From contig JBLMWW010000092.1 of NCBI GenBank assembly GCA_050257435.1, positions 1 through 51,423 of the forward strand: DNA of 51,423 bases. The letters run 5' to 3'. Of this stretch, positions 10,073-20,003 are shown piece after piece (the stretch's first letter is position 1; every line of letters starts with the position of its first letter). Both the position numbers and the translations under genes were made by a program. The notes under the pieces are model-generated. The model was not told the origin of the DNA and ran no database searches. It worked only from the letters and a program-made list of their open reading frames with translations. Source of the stretch: Rudaea sp. GTDB taxonomy: Bacteria; Pseudomonadota; Gammaproteobacteria; Burkholderiales; Casimicrobiaceae.

Positions 10073-12681
10073 CGTCGGACGAGCGCGAACACGCGCGCGT
10101 TGTCGGGCAGCGCCTCGCCGACGAGCCGGCTCGTCCCGCGGCTCTTGCAGTAGTCGATCATCTTCGAAAGCAGGATCGAGCCCAGGCCCCGGCCCTTCAA
10201 GTCCGAGCGCACGATGATCGCGAACTCGGCGACCACGTTGTCCGGATCGGCGATCGCGCGCACGACGCCGAGCGTGTGCGGCTTCTGGTCGTCACCGGGC
10301 GCGACCGCGACGAACGCCATCTCGCGGTCGTAGTCGATCTGCGTCAGGCGTGCGAGCTGCGTCCGATCCAGGTCGCGCGCGCGGATGAAGATGCGGTAGC
10401 GCCGGTCCTCGGGCGACAGCGCGTTGGAGAATTCCCGATGCTGCTCGGCGTCCTCCGGCCGGATCGGGCGCAAGAGCAGGTCCACGCCGCCCCACTGCAC
10501 GCGCTCCTCGAGCTCGGCCGGATACGGCTTGATGGCGAAGCGGTCGACGCGGGGGGTGCGCGCGCGCTCGACGACGATGCGCGCATCGAGCGCGACGACG
10601 CCCTGCGCGTCGGCCAGCAGCGGATTGATGTCGAGCTCCACGATGTCCGGAATGTCGGCGACGAGCGCCGAAATGCGCGTCAGCGTCGCGGCGATCGCAT
10701 CGACGTCGGCGGCGGGACGGTCGCGGTAGCCCGCGAGCAGCTTCGCGACGCGCGTGCGGCCGATGATGTCGCGCGCAAGCACCGCGTCGAGCGGCGGAAG
10801 GCCGACGGCACGATCGGCGATCACCTCCACCGCGGTGCCGCCCGCGCCGAAGAGGATCACGGGGCCGAAGACGGGATCGGTCGACACGCCGACGATGAGC
10901 TCGTGCGCATCCGGCCTTCGCACCATGGATTGCACGGTGAAGCCGGCAAGCGTCGCATCGGGCCGGACGCGCTTGACGCGCTCCCGCATCGCAATGGCGG
11001 CGGCGGCGACGGCGTCCGGCGCATCGAGGTCGAGCACGACGCCGCCGACGTCGGACTTGTGCGTGATCTGCGGCGACAGGATCTTGAGCGCCACCGGGAA
11101 GCCGAGCGACTTCGCGCATTCGACGGCGGACTCGACGTCCGCGGCGATACGCGTCTCGACGACCGGTATCCCGTAGGCGCTCAGCACCGTCTTCGAGTCG
11201 GCCTCGCTCAGCACGCGACCGCCGGCATCGAGCGTGCCGCGCACGGCGTCGCGCGCCACGTCGCGGTCCGGCGTGAAGCCCGTTGCGGTCGCGGGCGGCG
11301 CCTGCATCAAGAGGTCCTGGTTGCGCCGATACTCGACGGCCTGCAGGAAGGCGCGCACCGCGCTCTCCGGCGTGTCGTACTCGGGAATCCCGGCGCGCGC
11401 GAAGATCTCCCGCGCCTCGCGCACGGCGTCGCCGCCGAGCCAGCACCCGAACACCGGCTTCGCCGCGCCCTTCACCACCGGGACGATCGCCGCTGCGATC
11501 GCGGCGCTCGGCACGATCGCCGTCGGCGAATGGAGGAACAACAGCGCGTCGCACTGCGGATCGTCGAGCAGGATCGACATCGCCTCCACGTAGCGCTCGA
11601 CCGGCGCGTCGCCGCCGATGTCGACGGGGTTGCCATGCGACCACGTCGGCGGCAACGCCGCGTCGAGCCGCGCCACCGAGCGCGGCGAAAGCGGCGCGAG
11701 CAGGCCCCGCCCGAGCACGAGCGCGTCGGTCGCCATCACGCCGGGGCCACCGCCGTTGGTGACGATCGCGAGCCGTTCGCCGCGCACCGGCGCCGCGCGC
11801 GCGAGCGTTTGCACGGCGTCGAAGAGCTCCTCGGTCGTCAGGACGCGCAGCATGCCGGCGCGCCGGATCGCCGCGTCGTACACGTCGTCCGCCCCCGCGA
11901 GCGCGCCGGTGTGCGAGGCCGCGGCCTTCGCTCCTTCGGCGGCGCGCCCGGCCTTGACGACGACGACCGGCTTGTTGCGCGCGGCCGCCCGGGCGGCGGA
12001 CATGAACTTGCGCGCCGCGTGGATCGATTCGATGTAGAGCAGGATCGCGCTCGTCTGCGGGTCGCTCGCGAGGTAGTCGATCAGGTCGCCGAAGTCGACG
12101 TCCGCGCTGTCGCCGATCGAAATGAACTTGGAGAAGCCGATCCCGCGCGATTTCGCCCAGTCCAACACGACGGTGACGAGCGCGCCCGACTGCGAGATGA
12201 AGGCGACATTGCCGGCGAGCGCGTCGGTGTGCGCGAAGCTCGCGTTGAGGTGCACGCCGGGCACGAGCACCCCGATGCAGTTCGGACCGAGGATGCGCAG
12301 CACGTACGGGCGCGCCGCGGCGAGCATCGCGTCCTTCAGCGTCGTGCTGCCGTCCGCCGTCTTTGCGCCGAGTCCTGCGGTGATGACGATCGCCGCGCGG
12401 GTGCCGCGCAAACCGAGGTCGGCGACGATCTGCGGCACGGTCGAAGCCGGCGTGCAGATCACCGCCAGGTCGGGCGTGCGCGGCAGATCGCTCACGCGCG
12501 CGTACACCTCGAGGCCGCCAAGCCTGCGGTGACGCGGGTTCACGGGGAAGACGTCGCCCCCGAATCCGGAGGCGACGACGTTGCGCAGCAGCGTCGCGCC
12601 GACGCTTTGCGGCGTATCGGACGCACCGATGACGGCGATCGATGCGGGTGCGAAGAAGCCTTGCAGGTTGCGTATGGTCAC
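9979..12681 (-). CDS. ADP-forming acyl-CoA synthetase-like / C-terminal GNAT protein (Pat/Pka-type protein lysine acetyltransferase), ~900 aa
   Basis: GTG 12681 overlaps the upstream stop. [49 protein letters not shown], then GNAT with [17 protein letters not shown]. Confidence 0.9.
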   Translation of the reverse strand: MTIRNLQGFFAPASIAVIGASDTPQSVGATLLRNVVASGFGGDVFPVNPRHRRLGGLEVYARVSDLPRTPDLAVICTPASTVPQIVADLGLRGTRAAIVITAGLGAKTADGSTTLKDAMLAAARPYVLRILGPNCIGVLVPGVHLNASFAHTDALAGNVAFISQSGALVTVVLDWAKSRGIGFSKFISIGDSADVDFGDLIDYLASDPQTSAILLYIESIHAARKFMSAARAAARNKPVVVVKAGRAAEGAKAAASHTGALAGADDVYDAAIRRAGMLRVLTTEELFDAVQTLARAAPVRGERLAIVTNGGGPGVMATDALVLGRGLLAPLSPRSVARLDAALPPTWSHGNPVDIGGDAPVERYVEAMSILLDDPQCDALLFLHSPTAIVPSAAIAAAIVPVVKGAAKPVFGCWLGGDAVREAREIFARAGIPEYDTPESAVRAFLQAVEYRRNQDLLMQAPPATATGFTPDRDVARDAVRGTLDAGGRVLSEADSKTVLSAYGIPVVETRIAADVESAVECAKSLGFPVALKILSPQITHKSDVGGVVLDLDAPDAVAAAAIAMRERVKRVRPDATLAGFTVQSMVRRPDAHELIVGVSTDPVFGPVILFGAGGTAVEVIADRAVGLPPLDAVLARDIIGRTRVAKLLAGYRDRPAADVDAIAATLTRISALVADIPDIVELDINPLLADAQGVVALDARIVVERARTPRVDRFAIKPYPAELEERVQWGGVDLLLRPIRPEDAEQHREFSNALSPEDRRYRIFIRARDLDRTQLARLTQIDYDREMAFVAVAPGDDQKPHTLGVVRAIADPDNVVAEFAIIVRSDLKGRGLGSILLSKMIDYCKSRGTSRLVGEALPDNARVFALVRRYGFTVAPSSDGSTVMLTKALGTIGETAAGA

Positions 12682-15224
12682 GCGTGTCTCCGATGCCACA
12701 GCGCGCGGCCGGCGACGATGCCGGCGAGCACGACCAGCGCAGGCAGCACCGCCGCGGCGAGCTCGGCCGGCCGCGGCACCGCGAAGCGGAAGATTTCGCG
12801 CAGCAGAGGCACGTAGATGACGAGCGCAAGTGCGACGAGCGCACCGCCGATCACCCACCAGAGCGCCGCGTTGGGGCGCAGCATCGCGCGCACGCTCGCG
12901 TCGCGCGAGCGATTGCCGATGATGAGTGCCACGTTCGACAGCACGACGCCCGCAAAGCCGACCGTGCGCGCGCTCGCCTCGGATGCGCCGGCGGCGAGCA
13001 CGGATCCGTACAGCACGGCGACGGCCACCAGCGCGAGCACGCCCTGCCCGATGCTCGCCGCGAGCATCCAGCGATCGAACAGGCGCGCCGACGCGGGGCG
13101 CGGCGGCCGCCGCATGACGTTCGCCTCGGCCGCTTCGGCCTCGAACGCGATCGAGCACGCGGGGTCGATGACGAACTCGAGAAACACGATGTGCAACGGA
13201 TAGAAGAGCAGCGGCCAGTCGAGGAGCAGCGGCAGCAGCGACATGCCGGCCGTGGGGACGTGCACCGCCACGATATACGACATGGCCTTGCGAATGTTGT
13301 CGTAGATCCGGCGGCCGAGGCGCACCGCGGCGACGAGCGAGGCGAAATCGTCTCGCAGCAGCACGAGCGCCGCGGCCTCGCGCGCGACGTCCGACCCGCG
13401 CGCCCCCATGGCGACCCCGATGTGCGCCGCCTTGAGCGCCGGCGCATCGTTGACGCCGTCACCGGTCATGGCGACGACGTCGCCGTTCGCCTTGTATGCC
13501 AGGACGAGCCGCAGCTTGTGCTCCGGCATCACGCGCGCGAACACGTCGGTGCGCACCGCGCATTCGGCGAGCTCGCGCTCGGACATGCCCTCGATTTCGC
13601 CCCCCGTGGCGATGGCGTCCGGATGCGCGATGCCGGCCTGTGCCGCGATCGCGCGCGCCGTGCCCGCGTGATCGCCGGTGATCATCACCGTGCGAATGCC
13701 GGCGCGATCGCACTCGGCGATCGCCGCCGGCACGCCGGGCCGCACCGGATCGGCGAGGCCGATCAGCCCGACGAGCGAAAGCGGGAGGTCGCGCTGCGCT
13801 TCGGGCAACGGCGGATACCGGCCCTCGGCGGGCGGCCACGTGCCTGCGGCGATGCCGAGGACGCGCAGGCCGTCGTGCGCCATCGCCGTCAACGCGTCAT
13901 GCATGGCGCCTTGCGCCGCGGGATCGAGCCGGCACGCATCGGCGATCGCCTCGGGCGCGCCCTTCGCCGCGATCGTCCACGCATTCTCGTCGCCCATCCG
14001 ATGCACGCGCGCAACCGAAAGCTGCGCGGACGAGAGCGAGTAGGTCTGGATCGGCACGGCCTGCGCAATACGGGGATCGAGCGCAGGGAAGCGCGCGTGC
14101 GCGAGGCGCCGGAACGCCTGCTCCATCGGGTCGAAGGGCTCGCGCTCGCTCGCCAGCACGGCGATCTCGAGCAGCCGCGCGCGCTCTTCGTCGCCCGGTC
14201 CTTCCAGCGGCAGCGGGCCGGACGGCGTCCAGAATGCGCGCACCTCCATCCGGTTCTGTGTCAGCGTTCCGGTCTTGTCCACGCACAAGACGCGCGCGGC
14301 GCCGAGCGTCTCGATCGCCGGCGCACGCCGCGTCAGCACGCCGTTCTGCGAAATGCGCCACGCGCCGAGTGCGAGGAACACGGTGAGCACGACCGGGAAC
14401 TCCTCGGGGAGGTTCGCCATCGCGAGCGTCACGCCGGCGAGCAGGCCGTTCAGCCAATCGCCCCGCGCGACGCGATAGAGCAGCGCCACCGCGACGCACA
14501 GCGCGATGCCGATGGCCGCGAACACGAGCACGGCATGCCGCGTCTCGCGCTGCAGCGGCGACGGCTCGGCCTCGACCGAGGCGAGCGCCTTGCCAATTCT
14601 TCCCATCTCGGTGTGCCGGCCGGTCGCCACGACACGCGCGATGCCCTGCCCCGCGGTCAGCAGCGTGCCCGAGTACACGAACGGCAGGTCGTCGCCGCCC
14701 GGGCGCGACCATTCGCGCGCACCGACTTCGGCCAGCTTTCGCACCGGCACGGATTCGCCGGTGAGGAGCGACTCGTCGGCCATGAGGCCCGTCGCCGACT
14801 CGAGTCGCGCATCGGCGGGCACGCGATCCCCCTCCTTGACGCGCAGCACGTCGCCGATTACCACCTCGCGGCCTGCCACCGTGCGCCACTCGCCATCGCG
14901 CAGCACCAAGGCGCGCGGGCTCGCGAGGTCGCGCAGCGCGTCGAGCGCCCGCTCGGTCTTGCGTTCCTGGTAGAACGTGATACCGATCATCACGCCCACC
15001 GATGCGACGAGCGCGAGCGCCTCGCGCCGGTCGCCCAGCGCGAGATAGATCGCCGCCGCGCCGATCAGAAGCAGGAACATCGGCTCGCGCACGACCTCCC
15101 ACGCGATCGCCCAGGGGGCGCGCGGCTTGGCCGACGGCAGCTCGTTGTGGCCGTCGCGCGCAAGGCGTGCCGCGGCTTCCCGGCTCGTAAGTGCGCCTGA
15201 GAGTGCGCCTTCGTGCCCGTTCAT
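12678..15224 (-). CDS. Cation-transporting P-type ATPase (type II-like, ion unknown)
   Basis: ATG 15224 (MNGHEG...); LTGES, ANLPEEFP, CVDKTGTLT, KGAPE, TGDGVNDAPAL. Confidence 0.9.
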   Translation of the reverse strand: MNGHEGALSGALTSREAAARLARDGHNELPSAKPRAPWAIAWEVVREPMFLLLIGAAAIYLALGDRREALALVASVGVMIGITFYQERKTERALDALRDLASPRALVLRDGEWRTVAGREVVIGDVLRVKEGDRVPADARLESATGLMADESLLTGESVPVRKLAEVGAREWSRPGGDDLPFVYSGTLLTAGQGIARVVATGRHTEMGRIGKALASVEAEPSPLQRETRHAVLVFAAIGIALCVAVALLYRVARGDWLNGLLAGVTLAMANLPEEFPVVLTVFLALGAWRISQNGVLTRRAPAIETLGAARVLCVDKTGTLTQNRMEVRAFWTPSGPLPLEGPGDEERARLLEIAVLASEREPFDPMEQAFRRLAHARFPALDPRIAQAVPIQTYSLSSAQLSVARVHRMGDENAWTIAAKGAPEAIADACRLDPAAQGAMHDALTAMAHDGLRVLGIAAGTWPPAEGRYPPLPEAQRDLPLSLVGLIGLADPVRPGVPAAIAECDRAGIRTVMITGDHAGTARAIAAQAGIAHPDAIATGGEIEGMSERELAECAVRTDVFARVMPEHKLRLVLAYKANGDVVAMTGDGVNDAPALKAAHIGVAMGARGSDVAREAAALVLLRDDFASLVAAVRLGRRIYDNIRKAMSYIVAVHVPTAGMSLLPLLLDWPLLFYPLHIVFLEFVIDPACSIAFEAEAAEANVMRRPPRPASARLFDRWMLAASIGQGVLALVAVAVLYGSVLAAGASEASARTVGFAGVVLSNVALIIGNRSRDASVRAMLRPNAALWWVIGGALVALALVIYVPLLREIFRFAVPRPAELAAAVLPALVVLAGIVAGRALWHRRHA

Positions 15225-17773
15225 CGGCCGTGCGCGAAATGCGCGTAGAAGAAGCGCTTCGTCGCCTCGGCGAGGACGAGGTAGCCGACGACGAGCGCCG
15301 CGAGGATTGCGTAGAAGAGCGGTGGGGGCGGCTGCATGCCGAAGTACGCGCCGACCGCGGTGAACGGCAGCGCCAGCGCGACGAGCACGACCGCCGCCGA
15401 GGTTGCCGTGAGGGCCGCGTGCGGCCGGCTCGCGAGCGGGCTGCGCTTGGTGCGGATCACGAAGATCACCAGGACCTGCGTCGCGAGCGACTCGACGAAC
15501 CAGCCGGTCTGGAACAGCGCCGCGTGGGCCTCGAACACGGCGAGCAGGACGTAGAACGTCGCGAAGTCGAAAAGCGAGCTCACCGGACCCATCAGCCACA
15601 TGAAGTTCCGCACGAACGTCATGTCCCACGCTTGCGGCCGCGCGAGCTCCTCGTCGTCGACATCGTCGAGCGGTATCGCGACTTCGGACAGGTCGTAGAG
15701 CACGTTGTTCAGCAGGATCTGCGTGGGGAGCATCGGCAGGAACGGCAGGAACAGCGCGGCGCCGGCCATGCTGAACATGTTCCCGAAGTTCGAGCTCGTG
15801 CCCATCATGATGTACTTGCGGATATTCGCGAACGTGCGCCGGCCCTCGACGACGCCGTCGTGCAGCACGTTGAGGTCGTGCTTCTGGAGGATCAGGTCGG
15901 CCGCCTCCTTCGCCACATCGGCCGCGGTGTCGACGGACATGCTGACGTCCGCGACGTGCAGGGCGGGCGCGTCGTTGATGCCGTCGCCGAGAAAGCCGAC
16001 GACGCATCCACGCCGCTTCAGCGCCAGGATGATGCGGTTCTTCTGCGCCGGGTTCACGCGGCAGAAGAGATTGGTGGAGAGCACGCGCGCGCCGAGCGCA
16101 CGGTCGTCGAGACGCCCGATCTCGCTCCCCGTCAGGATCCCCTCCACCGGAACGCCGAGGCGCTCGCAGACGTGGCGCGTGACGAGCTCGTCGTCGCCGG
16201 TCACGATCTTCACCGCGACGCCTCGGGCGCGCAGCGCGGCGATCGCCCGCGACGCGCTCGCCTTCGGCGGATCGAAGAAGGTGACGAAGCCGACCACCGC
16301 GAGCTCGCGCTCGTCTTCGGGGTGCACGTGCGCGCGCTCGCGCGGCAGCGGCTTGATCGCGATCGCGAGGACGCGCATCCCCCGCGCCGCTTCCTGCGTC
16401 AGCCGCTGCGTCGCCGTGGCGCGCGCCGCGTCGTCGAGCGGCCGCACGGCACCGCTCGCGCCGTCCTCGTAGTGCGAGCAGAGGCGCAGGATGTCCTCGG
16501 GCGCGCCCTTCGCGATCAGCAGGCGCGCTTCGCCGTCGTCGGCGAGCACCGATACGCGGCGCCGCTCGAAGTCGAAGGGCGCCTCGTCGATCTTCGTGTA
16601 GCGGCGCACGTCGTGGACGTCGTGCGCGAGGATCGCATGGTCGAGCGGGCTGCGCAGGCCCGTTTCGAAGGCGCTGTTCACGCATGCGAGCGTCAGGACG
16701 CGCGCGCTGTCCCGACCGTCGATGTCGATGTGCGCGTCGAGGCGGATTCGCGCCTCGGTCAGCGTTCCGGTCTTGTCCGTGCAAAGCACGTCCATCGCGC
16801 CGAGGTTCTCGATCGCGGCGAGGCGCTTGACGACCACCCGCCGCTGCGCCATGCGCAGCGCGCCGCGGGCGAGCGTCACCGACACGATCATCGGCAGGAG
16901 CTCCGGCGTCAGGCCCACGGCGAGCGCGATCGCGAACAGGAACGACTGGAGCCACGGCTTTCCGGTGAGCGCGTTCACCATGATGACGAACAGGACCATC
17001 AGCACGGTGAGGCGCATGATCAGCATGCCGAAGCGCCGCGTGCCGACGTCGAATGCCGTCGGCGGCGGGTCGCGCGTGAGCGTCGCGGCGATCCGGCCGA
17101 TGGCGGTGGCGTTGCCGGTCCGATACACGACGAGGCGTCCGGTTCCGCTCACCACCGACGTGCCCATGAAGAGCGCGTTCGTCGCGTCGGCGAGCTCGAC
17201 ACCGGCGACGCCCTCGGGACTCGTCTCCTTCTCGACCGGGAATGCCTCCCCCGTCAGGATCGCCTGGTCGACGTGCAGGTTGCGCGATTCGACCAGCACC
17301 CCGTCGGCGGGCACCAGGCTGCCGGCCGCGAGCTCGACGACGTCGCCCGGCACGACGTGCGCGACGGCGACCGCCCGTGGCACGCCGTCGCGCACCACCC
17401 GGGCGCGCACCTGGACCGAGCGCCGCAGCGCCTGTGCCGCCTGGCTCGCGCGGTATTCCTGCACGAAGTCGAGCGTGACGCTCGTGAGCACCATCGCCAC
17501 GATGATGACGAAGCTCGCAAACTCGCCGGTCGCCGCCGACACGATGCTCGCGCCGACCAGGATCATCACGAGCGGATTGCGAAAGCGGAGCAGGAACTGC
17601 ACGATCGCGGGCCGCTCGGGACGGTCGCGAAACTGGTTCGCGCCATAGCGGCGCAAACGCTCGCGCGCGGCGGCCGCCGAGAGGCCGGCGGTGGATGCAC
17701 CGACGTCGCGCGCGAGCTCGGCGAGCGGCCGGCGCCACCACGCGGCGGCGTCAGGCGCCGCGGACGTCGGCAA
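15221..17773 (-). CDS. mgtA: Magnesium-translocating P-type ATPase (MgtA type)
   Basis: VGLTPELLPMI, CTDKTGTLT, GDGINDAPAL, YIMMGTSSNFGNMFS, QILLNNVLYD, FQTGWFVES. Start is uncertain (TTG 17773). Confidence 0.88.
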   Translation of the reverse strand: MPTSAAPDAAAWWRRPLAELARDVGASTAGLSAAAARERLRRYGANQFRDRPERPAIVQFLLRFRNPLVMILVGASIVSAATGEFASFVIIVAMVLTSVTLDFVQEYRASQAAQALRRSVQVRARVVRDGVPRAVAVAHVVPGDVVELAAGSLVPADGVLVESRNLHVDQAILTGEAFPVEKETSPEGVAGVELADATNALFMGTSVVSGTGRLVVYRTGNATAIGRIAATLTRDPPPTAFDVGTRRFGMLIMRLTVLMVLFVIMVNALTGKPWLQSFLFAIALAVGLTPELLPMIVSVTLARGALRMAQRRVVVKRLAAIENLGAMDVLCTDKTGTLTEARIRLDAHIDIDGRDSARVLTLACVNSAFETGLRSPLDHAILAHDVHDVRRYTKIDEAPFDFERRRVSVLADDGEARLLIAKGAPEDILRLCSHYEDGASGAVRPLDDAARATATQRLTQEAARGMRVLAIAIKPLPRERAHVHPEDERELAVVGFVTFFDPPKASASRAIAALRARGVAVKIVTGDDELVTRHVCERLGVPVEGILTGSEIGRLDDRALGARVLSTNLFCRVNPAQKNRIILALKRRGCVVGFLGDGINDAPALHVADVSMSVDTAADVAKEAADLILQKHDLNVLHDGVVEGRRTFANIRKYIMMGTSSNFGNMFSMAGAALFLPFLPMLPTQILLNNVLYDLSEVAIPLDDVDDEELARPQAWDMTFVRNFMWLMGPVSSLFDFATFYVLLAVFEAHAALFQTGWFVESLATQVLVIFVIRTKRSPLASRPHAALTATSAAVVLVALALPFTAVGAYFGMQPPPPLFYAILAALVVGYLVLAEATKRFFYAHFAHGR

Positions 17774-19175
17774 TGACTTCGCGAAGCTTGCCGCTTCGCG
17801 GATCGGTGAGCGGCGGCGACGCGTCGAGGTCGAGCCGTGCATTCGACGCGCCCTGGCGTGCGAGGTACGCCGCAAGCGCTCGCCGCGTCGCCTCGAACGC
17901 CGCGGCGCGCTCCTCCGGCGCGTCGATCGCGAGCCGAACGAGGATGCGATCGGGCGCGGACTGCACGAGCTGGAAGCGATGGCCGGGCACGGCGTCCTCG
18001 ACCACGGTCGTGAGCGCGAGCGGCGACAGGCGCACGACACGGCCTTGCGCCGTGCGGAGCGCCACGATGTCGTCCCGGCGGCCTTCCGCGCGGATCGCCG
18101 GCAGCGGGCTGCCGCAACCGCAGGGCTCGGGCTTCACGATGATGCTGTCGCCAAGATCGTAACGGATCACCGGTTGCACCCGGTTCGCCAGATTGGTGAG
18201 CAGCACCGTCTGCGAGGGCTCCCCGGGCGGCGTCGGCCGATGGTCGCGGTCCAGGGCCTCCAGGACGACCCAGTCCGCATTGACGTGCAGCCAGCCGTGG
18301 CGGCAGGACATCGCGATGCTGAGGCACTCGGACGCGCCGTATTCGTTGATCACGACGCTGTCGAACGCACGCTCGATCGCGGCCGCGGTCGCCGGCGCGA
18401 GGCATTCGCCGCCCGACCAGATGCACGCCGGCGCGATGCGCAGCCGGCCCGCGCGCTGCTCGGCGGCGAGCAGCGCGAGCGTCGTCGGGTAGCTCGCGAG
18501 GAATGCGGGCTGGTAGCGGTTGAGCGCCGCGACCAGCTCGGGCAACGGATCCATCACCGAGAACGCACGCGCGCTCGGCCAGGGACTGCCGCGGCAGACG
18601 CGCTGCCACGACGCGATGCTCGCGAAGTGGTCGCCGGTGGCCGCGACGAGCGCGGCACGCCCTCCCTTGCTGAGGAAGCCCAGCGCGTACCGGCCGGCCA
18701 GCGCGGGGGACTGCAACTGTACGGCGAGGAGCGCGTCGTAGGTCGACATGGCCGTCGCGTCCTGCACGAACACGCCGGGGTCGCCGGTGCTGCCCGAGCT
18801 CTTCCACACGACATAGCGGCCCAGGTACTGCTCGCCGATGTGCGTCCGGTCCTGCAGAAACGCCTCGACCCCCGCCCGCGCGACGCTGCGATCGGTCACC
18901 CAGTCGTCGAAGCGCGCCATGAGGTCGCGCTTGCAGACGACCGGCAGCGCGGCGAGCGGCGCGTCACGCGGGACGCCACGCCAGGCGTCGCGATAGAACG
19001 GCGAACGCGCGCGTGCGAAGCGCACGAGCTCGGCCGTGCGTTGCGCGGCGCGCGCGGCAATCGCGGCACGGCCCGCGGCGCGCGTCCACGCGATCTCGAC
19101 TGCGCGCGAAAACGCGCCGAAGCCTTCGAGCGAGCCGCGCCACAGCGCCGTCGCGGGATCATTGTCGGTCTTCAC
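17751..19175 (-). CDS. Phenylacetate-CoA ligase / coenzyme F390 synthetase-like adenylating enzyme, substrate unknown
   Basis: SPFYR, KSSGSTGDP (AMP-binding loop), NEYGASE, IRYDLGD, CGCGS, EGRRDD, C-terminal RSGK. Confidence 0.8.
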   Translation of the reverse strand: MKTDNDPATALWRGSLEGFGAFSRAVEIAWTRAAGRAAIAARAAQRTAELVRFARARSPFYRDAWRGVPRDAPLAALPVVCKRDLMARFDDWVTDRSVARAGVEAFLQDRTHIGEQYLGRYVVWKSSGSTGDPGVFVQDATAMSTYDALLAVQLQSPALAGRYALGFLSKGGRAALVAATGDHFASIASWQRVCRGSPWPSARAFSVMDPLPELVAALNRYQPAFLASYPTTLALLAAEQRAGRLRIAPACIWSGGECLAPATAAAIERAFDSVVINEYGASECLSIAMSCRHGWLHVNADWVVLEALDRDHRPTPPGEPSQTVLLTNLANRVQPVIRYDLGDSIIVKPEPCGCGSPLPAIRAEGRRDDIVALRTAQGRVVRLSPLALTTVVEDAVPGHRFQLVQSAPDRILVRLAIDAPEERAAAFEATRRALAAYLARQGASNARLDLDASPPLTDPRSGKLREVIADVRGA

Positions 19176-19241
19176 CTGTTCGCCTGCTCGCGGGTCGCCC
19201 GATCCGTCGGCTCCATGCTACCGTCCGCGTGCGCGGCACGA

Positions 19242-19255
19242 TTGACCGGCATCAA
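19242..19255. promoter_or_regulatory. FNR-type box, probably bidirectional
   Basis: TTGAC-CGGC-ATCAA; -10-like TAGAAT (19277-19282, +) and TAGCAT (19220-19215, -), each 21 nt from the box. Confidence 0.85.
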
Positions 19256-19379
19256 TGCGGCGCGCCGCGCGGGCTCTAGAATCCGCGCTGCCGCCGGCGC
19301 AGGCGCCGACGTGAGGCGAGATCACGGTGTCGAAAATTGCCCTGCGCCCCGCACGCCGGTTCATGGGAGCTTGCCAGCA

Positions 19380-19763
19380 ATGATCGGACGCCAAAACGGC
19401 ACTGCGTCGAACGACGAAACGCGCACGGGTGCACGGCGCACGACGCGGCTTTTCGCGCTCCTCGCCTTGGCGACGCCGCTCGCCGCGATGGCGGCGACCG
19501 CCGCGCCCGCCGAGGATGCGCCGACGCTGCTCGCGAAGTACAAGTGCTACATCTGCCATGCGGACCGCGAGACGAAGGCCGGGCCCGCGTACGTCGACGT
19601 CGCCGCGCACTACCGCGGGCAGCGCAACGCCGTGGCGCTCCTCGCGCGCGAGATCCGGCGCGGGCTCAAGGGCGGCAGTCCGTGGCACATGCCGCCTCAT
19701 CCGGAAGTATCGCCCGCGCAGGCGCAGGCGATCGCGCGCTACATCATGTCGCTCCCGCCCTGA
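19380..19763 (+). CDS. Periplasmic class I monoheme cytochrome c (c551/c552-like)
   Basis: Signal-like hydrophobic stretch, [25 protein letters not shown] axial Met; start uncertain. Confidence 0.85.
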   Translation: MIGRQNGTASNDETRTGARRTTRLFALLALATPLAAMAATAAPAEDAPTLLAKYKCYICHADRETKAGPAYVDVAAHYRGQRNAVALLAREIRRGLKGGSPWHMPPHPEVSPAQAQAIARYIMSLPP

Positions 19764-19769
19764 CGGCCT

Positions 19770-19880
19770 ATCGGGGTCGGACGCGGCAAATCGGGTCGGA
19801 CTCGAATCTCGGTCGGAATCGACGCGTCTGCATCGGCCGTCGGGGAAGATTGGAGTCTGACCCCGATTTTCCCCCGATTT
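19770..19880. repeat. Cluster of short direct and inverted repeats (REP-like)
   Basis: ATCGGGGTCGGAC (19770), AAATCGGGTCGGACTCGAATCT (19788-19809), TCGGTCGGAATCGA (19809), an inverted copy AGATTGGAGTCTGACCCCGATTTT (19847-19870), then CCCCGATTT again. Confidence 0.6.
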
Positions 19881-19927
19881 CCATTTGCGCCTCCGGCACC
19901 GGCGTTTCGGCGGCGGCACCGCTGACG

Positions 19928-19941
19928 TTGCGCGAGATCAA
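19928..19941 (+). promoter_or_regulatory. FNR-type box upstream of the CBS-groEL operon
   Basis: TTGCG-CGAG-ATCAA; -10-like TACGCT at 19964-19969 (22-nt gap); SD AAGGAG before ATG 20004. Confidence 0.7.
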
Positions 19942-20003
19942 CGCGCCGGCGAGCGCGCGCGGCTACGCTGGACATTGCCCAGCATGATCCAAGGAGAAAC
20001 AGC

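Noticed and set aside
12678-17741. 1687-aa ORF suggesting a double P-type ATPase fusion
   Set aside because: The N-terminal half is an off-frame reading of mgtA. The real ATPase starts at ATG 15224 with an ordinary ATGA overlap.
19310-19326. CGTGA-N7-TCACG as a CRP site
   Set aside because: The spacer is 7 nt rather than 6, and the outer bases mismatch the consensus.
17691-19763. 690-aa ORF ending in a cytochrome c domain
   Set aside because: Only the last ~127 codons look real; the rest is antisense to the PaaK-like gene.
19770-19880. CRISPR array
   Set aside because: Repeats are short, degenerate, irregularly spaced and partly inverted, and there are no cas genes.
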